Positions 58,983-64,000 of a DNA stretch of 64,000 nucleotides are shown here, piece after piece (the first letter of the stretch is position 1; the number at the start of each line of letters is the position of its first letter). The DNA is from Cyanobacteria bacterium auto_48_18 (GTDB lineage Bacteria > Cyanobacteriota > Vampirovibrionia > Obscuribacterales > Obscuribacteraceae), in the NCBI GenBank assembly GCA_036170915.1, contig JAVHQC010000011.1, positions 32,001 to 96,000 of the forward strand. Reading direction: 5' to 3'. Both the position numbers and the translations under genes were made by a program. The notes below the pieces were generated by a model. It made no database searches, was not told the origin of the DNA, and saw nothing but the letters and a program-made list of their open reading frames with translations.

Positions 58983-59678
58983 CTATGTCTTGGCTTTCGC
59001 CTTGGCCTTAGGCTTCTCTTTGATGAAGTCGCTGCGATTGAGTACGGTGCCACGAAACTGACGCACAATGTATACAGGGGTATTTCTTCTTACCATGCCA
59101 TACAGGCGCGATATGTCTGAGTTGGAATGGCGAATGCAACCGTGACTGGCACTTTTTCTAATTTCTTTTGGCTCATTGGTACCATGCAGAGCTAACTCGT
59201 CGCCGTTGAGATATATCGCTGCTACTCCAAGCGGGTTTCTATGCGTCTGATTGTAGGGTGGGATCGGTTTCTGTTTTGGATCTATTGTTCTAGGCGGCAC
59301 CCAGATCGGAAACTGCTTTTTCATCGCTACCAGATATCTACCTGAAGGAGTTGGCTTGTCGATGGTTCCAATGGCATTCGATAAGGTCATCACTCGCATA
59401 ATTTCATCACGACGGCCGAAGTGTTGCAGCTGCAAAACGTGAGTGGAATGGCTGCCTTTATCAACAACGAGCACAGTAGGAGCATTCGAACGGTAGCCGT
59501 TAGTTTTCATTATTCCTGTCAACGCATAGTGTCCATTGATAAATGGATACTGCATATTTGCTTTGGCAACCCCAGGAACAGGTACAGCTTTCTTCGGATG
59601 AGCTACCGGAGCGCTAAACGCCGGCGCCCAAGCATTGATGCCGATGATCAATGCTGCCACTAAAGAAAACTGTTTCAT
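58983..59678 (-). CDS. L,D-transpeptidase (YkuD family), secreted
   Basis: PTPSG, NPLG and LHGT...SHGCIR motifs. Confidence 0.9.
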   Translation of the reverse strand: MKQFSLVAALIIGINAWAPAFSAPVAHPKKAVPVPGVAKANMQYPFINGHYALTGIMKTNGYRSNAPTVLVVDKGSHSTHVLQLQHFGRRDEIMRVMTLSNAIGTIDKPTPSGRYLVAMKKQFPIWVPPRTIDPKQKPIPPYNQTHRNPLGVAAIYLNGDELALHGTNEPKEIRKSASHGCIRHSNSDISRLYGMVRRNTPVYIVRQFRGTVLNRSDFIKEKPKAKAKAKT

Positions 59679-59764
59679 TGCGCCCCTCCGGCCAGACTAT
59701 TGCCCTAAGATCGCTAGTCGGAAGTAAGGAGAGTTAAGTTCCACTTTTAGAAGCGCCAGTTTGC

Positions 59765-60361
59765 CTATTTGAAAACTTCGTAAGGATCAACGTCAGCGGT
59801 TTGCCACCAATTGCGCTTAGCATCGCCCAGGCCAACAGCAAAATGCAGATGGGGACTAGTCGGCGGCGCGTTGCCCGAAGTGCCTACGTAGCCTATTACT
59901 TGGCCTTTTTTTACTTTGTCTCCATCTTTCAAATTGGCAGCATATTTTTCTAAATGCGCGTAGTAATAGACGTATTTATTCGACGGTTCACTCTGATAAA
60001 TGGTTAAACCGCCCGCTTTGCTCGAGAATAGTTTGACGATTACGCCGTTATCAACGGCCAGTACCGGAGTATTGCGGGGAGCGGCCATATCGGCGGCGTT
60101 ATGCTTGCTGTCACCGCGTATTTCAGTGAATGAACCCTTAATAGCAGCCATGTTAAAACCAGCGATTGGCGAACCTAAACGTTTGGCACGCAGTTCTTTG
60201 ATTGCTGCCTGCATTTCGGCGTCTGATAGTGGTGGCTGTTCTACAGTCGTTTTTACCTTTGGTTCTTCTTTGTCTGCCGCAGCACACGGGCCGAGGCTAG
60301 CCGCACTAAGGGCCAAAAAGCAAAGTATTAATATGGGAATACTTAGTCTATTCATGCGCAT
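59765..60361 (-). CDS. M23-family metallopeptidase
   Basis: HNAAD, YYAHL and PHLHF motifs; signal peptide. Confidence 0.9.
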   Translation of the reverse strand: MRMNRLSIPILILCFLALSAASLGPCAAADKEEPKVKTTVEQPPLSDAEMQAAIKELRAKRLGSPIAGFNMAAIKGSFTEIRGDSKHNAADMAAPRNTPVLAVDNGVIVKLFSSKAGGLTIYQSEPSNKYVYYYAHLEKYAANLKDGDKVKKGQVIGYVGTSGNAPPTSPHLHFAVGLGDAKRNWWQTADVDPYEVFK

Positions 60362-60554
60362 AAGGACGTTCCTAACAAGTTAGAAGTTCCAAGAAGCAAA
60401 TGACAGCTCTCAGTTGTGATTGTGGTACTCAAATGTTACGCGCTCGTTGAGAGTCGCATACAGGGAGGGTATTTGTTATGGCTTTCTGCAAAAATAGTTG
60501 GTCGCCGTAGCGGTTCAAGTTTCACTGTTGTGCAGAACGTTATCAAGGAGCTTC

Positions 60555-61169
60555 ATGAATAAGTACAATCGATTGTCGAAAGACACTGCCGCTGTTTTGC
60601 TAGTCGACCATCAGGCTGGCTTATTGTCACTGGTTAGAGATTTTACTCCTGATGAATTTAAAAACAATGTGTTAGCGCTGGCTGATGTCGCTAGATTTTT
60701 CAATTTGCCGACGATTTTGACTACGAGTTTTGAGCAAGGGCCCAACGGTCCCATCGTACCCGAGCTTAAAGCCATGTTTCCAGATGCGCCTTACATAGCT
60801 CGCCCCGGGCAGATTAATGCTTGGGACAATTCTGATTTTGTCGATGCCGTCAAAAAGACAGGTCGTAAACAGTTGATCATTGCCGGCGTTGTCACTGATG
60901 TATGTGTTGCTTTCCCTGCACTAGCCGCTTTAGAGGAGGGTTTTGAGGTCTTTGTCGCCACTGACGCTTCAGGAACTTTCAATACGACTGTGCGCGATGC
61001 TGCGTGGAGTCGCATGACTGAGAACGGTGCTCAACTTATGAATTGGTTTAGCATCGCTTGTGAATTGCACAGAGATTGGCGCAATGATATTGAAGGTCTG
61101 GGCGCGCTGTTGTGCAAACATTTGCCTGCTTACGACAATTTGATGCAGAGTTACTCCGTCAAAAAATAA
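60555..61169 (+). CDS. ycaC: Isochorismatase-family cysteine hydrolase (YcaC-like)
   Basis: VDHQ, RPGQINAWD, TDVCV and ELHRDW motifs; AAGGAG SD. Confidence 0.9.
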   Translation: MNKYNRLSKDTAAVLLVDHQAGLLSLVRDFTPDEFKNNVLALADVARFFNLPTILTTSFEQGPNGPIVPELKAMFPDAPYIARPGQINAWDNSDFVDAVKKTGRKQLIIAGVVTDVCVAFPALAALEEGFEVFVATDASGTFNTTVRDAAWSRMTENGAQLMNWFSIACELHRDWRNDIEGLGALLCKHLPAYDNLMQSYSVKK

Positions 61170-61199
61170 TTCTGGTCAACGCCAAGACAGGGATACTTT

Positions 61200-61760
61200 A
61201 TGACCATTTCTACGCGCGGCGAGCTAATTGAATTGCTTGACCAAGGGAAAAGTTTTGAATACTTGCCGTTCTATGACCACCGTCTACCGGCCGATGGATC
61301 TATTAGTGAAACTTGTTGCAGCCAGTGGTTTCCTGCTTCATTTAAGGTTGATGGAATTTATTATTCCACAGCAGAACATTTCATGATGGCCGAGAAGGCG
61401 CGGCTATTCAATGATGAGGAAACCCTGCAAAAAGTGCTCAAATGTGACACCCCGCGCGAAGCCAAAGCACTCGGTCGCAATGTTCGAAATTTTGATTCCA
61501 AAATTTGGAAGCCACATTGTTCTCAGATCGTTATTCAGGGCAACCTTGCCAAGTTTGAACAGAATATTGATTTAGGCCACTGGCTTAAATCAACAGCGCC
61601 TAAAATTTTGGTTGAGGCCAGTATCGACGATCGAATATGGGGAATTGGCTTAGAGAGCTCAAATGCCGATGCCCATGATCCGCGCAAATGGAATGGCGAG
61701 AATTTGCTCGGCTTTGCAATAACACGCGTGCGAACGCTGCTGCTAGAAGCTAAAAATTAA
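61200..61760 (+). CDS. NADAR (YbiA-like) family protein
   Basis: SQW, TAEHFMMAEKA, K.LGR, LVEAS..DRIWGIG and GENLLG motifs. Confidence 0.92.
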   Translation: MTISTRGELIELLDQGKSFEYLPFYDHRLPADGSISETCCSQWFPASFKVDGIYYSTAEHFMMAEKARLFNDEETLQKVLKCDTPREAKALGRNVRNFDSKIWKPHCSQIVIQGNLAKFEQNIDLGHWLKSTAPKILVEASIDDRIWGIGLESSNADAHDPRKWNGENLLGFAITRVRTLLLEAKN

Positions 61761-61824
61761 AGCGCAGCGGCTCCGATAACAGGTCCTCTATAATAATGAG
61801 AGAAAGAAGAGTTAGCCCAGCCAC

Positions 61825-62754
61825 TTGATTAAACTGCCTACCTACAAAGAACTTGGTCGACTGTTGTTGTTCGCCGCAGTAATGCTTAGCCTTCTGGCTG
61901 TAGGTGTATATCTTTACTACATGCCGCGATTTAATCGCTCTATGATCAATTATGTTTTGTTTCATCCGCCTGATAGAAAATTGAATCAGCGTATTGAAAT
62001 TGGTGGTGTGGTCGGCGAGCACCATAAAATTGCTGTTTCAACAACCGCGAAGTCTCCTGGCGCTGCCATTACTCTTGATTGTCTGTTATTGAAAGCGAAA
62101 GAAGAGAAGGGAATAATTTTATATTCGCAAGGCGTGGGCAGCTCTATAAATGGACTAGCCGACCATTTCAAAATAGCAACCATGCTGAAGCTAGGCTATT
62201 CGGTTTGCATTTATGATCACGAAGGGTACGGTCTATCCAGCGGTGAATGCAATCTAGATCGCATCGTACCTGATGCTATTGCTGCTTATGATTTTCTTGT
62301 CAAAAGCTTGCATTATCCGCAAAATTTAATTGTTGGTTATGGAGAATCTTTTGGTGGTGGCGTTACTTCTGAGTTAGTAAAGCACAGACCTCTTAAGGCG
62401 GTAATTTTAGAATCGACTTTTATTTCGCCGAAGCAGTGGGCCGACGATCAAGCCGGATTTACAGTTATCTATCCTTCGTTTCTCTTTATGGAACCGACCT
62501 TCGACAATCTGTCTATGTTGAAGGGCATTCACCCACCGGCTCTACTAATCGTCGCCGGAAAAGATAAAAGTATGCCGGCATCACATGCTGCACTTATGGA
62601 GAAAGAAGCAGTTCAGCCGTTCCAGTTTGTTAACTTACCAACTAGCAATCATGCGCTGGTTAGCCTGGCCGATCGTGATTTGTATGCCACTAGCATAAAT
62701 TCGTTTCTCACCAGATACGGTGCCGGTGCTGTGGGCTCTGGTAAACCGCTTTGA
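61825..62754 (+). CDS. Membrane-anchored alpha/beta hydrolase
   Basis: GYGLS, GESFGG nucleophile elbow, GKD and NH motifs. Confidence 0.85.
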   Translation: MIKLPTYKELGRLLLFAAVMLSLLAVGVYLYYMPRFNRSMINYVLFHPPDRKLNQRIEIGGVVGEHHKIAVSTTAKSPGAAITLDCLLLKAKEEKGIILYSQGVGSSINGLADHFKIATMLKLGYSVCIYDHEGYGLSSGECNLDRIVPDAIAAYDFLVKSLHYPQNLIVGYGESFGGGVTSELVKHRPLKAVILESTFISPKQWADDQAGFTVIYPSFLFMEPTFDNLSMLKGIHPPALLIVAGKDKSMPASHAALMEKEAVQPFQFVNLPTSNHALVSLADRDLYATSINSFLTRYGAGAVGSGKPL

Positions 62755-62808
62755 AAAGGTATTTTTCACAAATTCCTTTGCTTGCTAAGTGTGCGCTTTG
62801 CTCCCGAA

Positions 62809-63672
62809 CTAGATTGAGCTTATGGATTTTAGGTCTAGCACGTATAAACTTGTTGAATCCACAAAAAAGAACTTTGAGCCACGTGCGGCTGACTGTCTAA
62901 TTGGAATTCTTTCTCCTTTTGAATCCACCGGATAAAAGTCTTTGGCCGCGCTACCGCCGCCCAGTTCTAAAATAGTGAGATAGGGTGGGCTAGTCGCACG
63001 GGAACTTTGAAACATTACGGTGTCTTCTGTAACGGCGAAGTAACGCGAACGCGGGCCGATGTTTGTTTCGAAAGTGGTATCAATGTCAGCGTCGACAATT
63101 TTGGTGAGCCCATTATAGTTTTGATACCATACAACGCTGTCTGATACAACGTTAAGTCCATCGCACCAGTCTTTGGTGTACGAGTGCAGCATTTCGCCAC
63201 TGGCGTCAAAAACTGCCAGACCGACGTGTTGCTCTGACCGCATAAAAGCTTCATCTCCAAATCCGACCCAGATTTTATCAGTTTCAGTTATTTGAACATT
63301 CTGAGTATCGTGACCGAAAAATAACCGCTGCACAATGTCGCCCCGATGATTAATTACTGTGGCCGAGTCGGTTGGCGCTTGCTGCAGTGGTGCAATCAGG
63401 TAGCTCTTTCCGCTTAGAGGTTGAACAGCGAAGTTTCCCAATGGAACTTCACTTAACTCTATATCGCCTAAAGTCCCGTTTTGATAATGGCAAATTTTAT
63501 ACGAGTTTCTATGGTCATGCGTTTGCAAAAGTCGCGGGTATGCTTCGGTATTATTGAGATAGAGAATGACATCATCATTCGGCCCAACAAATATCTCGCT
63601 AAGCCGTAGATTCGCAAATCTGGCTTGGTAGTTGAAAAGTTTTTCCGCCTGAATTGGTTGAATGTTTCGCAA
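62809..63672 (-). CDS. Hypothetical protein (beta-propeller-like)
   Basis: 287-aa beta-rich ORF; IWVGFGDE and GLAVFD..G segments. Confidence 0.65.
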   Translation of the reverse strand: MRNIQPIQAEKLFNYQARFANLRLSEIFVGPNDDVILYLNNTEAYPRLLQTHDHRNSYKICHYQNGTLGDIELSEVPLGNFAVQPLSGKSYLIAPLQQAPTDSATVINHRGDIVQRLFFGHDTQNVQITETDKIWVGFGDEAFMRSEQHVGLAVFDASGEMLHSYTKDWCDGLNVVSDSVVWYQNYNGLTKIVDADIDTTFETNIGPRSRYFAVTEDTVMFQSSRATSPPYLTILELGGGSAAKDFYPVDSKGERIPIRQSAARGSKFFFVDSTSLYVLDLKSISSI

Positions 63673-63786
63673 GAATTATTCCTCTATCTTACAGAACAAT
63701 CATACTGATTATGTTTTCAGTAGCCGCCAACGTTAACAGTTGCGCTGCGCGTCCAAGTCAAAGTGATCATCATGCAACTGACTTGA

Positions 63787-63996
63787 TCACTCGTCATCTA
63801 AACTTGCCCTGAAGGCCGCGCAACGTTTCATAAATTCCTCCCACGCCGGCACTTCCGGTTGGGGATGAATTTTTTCAGGCAGAACATCCCACAGTTCAGG
63901 CAAATACCAGCAAAGGTCGTGGCCCTGCTGATCGCGTTGTTGCCTTAGCGCAGTACGCAGTTTAATTACTTCTGCGCGCAGTGCTTCGGCGTCCAT
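63787..63996 (-). CDS. Small hypothetical protein (may extend beyond the window)
   Basis: GHDLCW..PELW..LPE...C..FR.SL; frame is open at the window edge. Confidence 0.6.
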   Translation of the reverse strand: MDAEALRAEVIKLRTALRQQRDQQGHDLCWYLPELWDVLPEKIHPQPEVPAWEEFMKRCAAFRASLDDE

Positions 63997-64000
63997 AGTT

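Noticed and set aside
53688..61760. DarT1-NADAR toxin-antitoxin operon
   Set aside because: The genes are 7 kb apart and the ART assignment is unverified

Overview
Gene-dense bacterial chromosomal window with about 62 CDS. I saw no rRNA, tRNA, CRISPR array or transposase. Gene content (HoxEFUYH, an At5g03900/slr1603-like gene, many TPR orphans, no photosynthesis genes) suggests a non-photosynthetic relative of Cyanobacteria such as Melainabacteria/Obscuribacterales; this is inference only. Main blocks: (1) 2-19633, a hypoxia/dormancy-type island with a beta-CASP RNase, P-type ATPase, CoA-transferase, bidirectional NiFe hydrogenase hoxEFUYHW, c-type cytochromes, four USPs, a single-domain globin, a globin-coupled histidine kinase with a NarL-type regulator, and a Balon/baeRF-like factor. 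A recurring 16-bp palindrome (TCnnYC-KWAA-GGnTGA) lies in five of its promoter regions. (2) hicAB followed by mostly orphan, secreted or TPR genes and an exported KatG. (3) A strong promoter, a structured leader with a uORF, and an unknown gene ahead of rtcB2-prfH (ribosome repair). (4) MATE transporter, hrpB (probable AUU start), alpha-2-macroglobulin, a REC-Ser/Thr kinase fusion and an ART-like orphan. (5) nadA-nadB divergent from nrtR with two NrtR-type boxes, cell-wall enzymes, ycaC and NADAR. All family calls come from motif recognition by eye; no searches were run.
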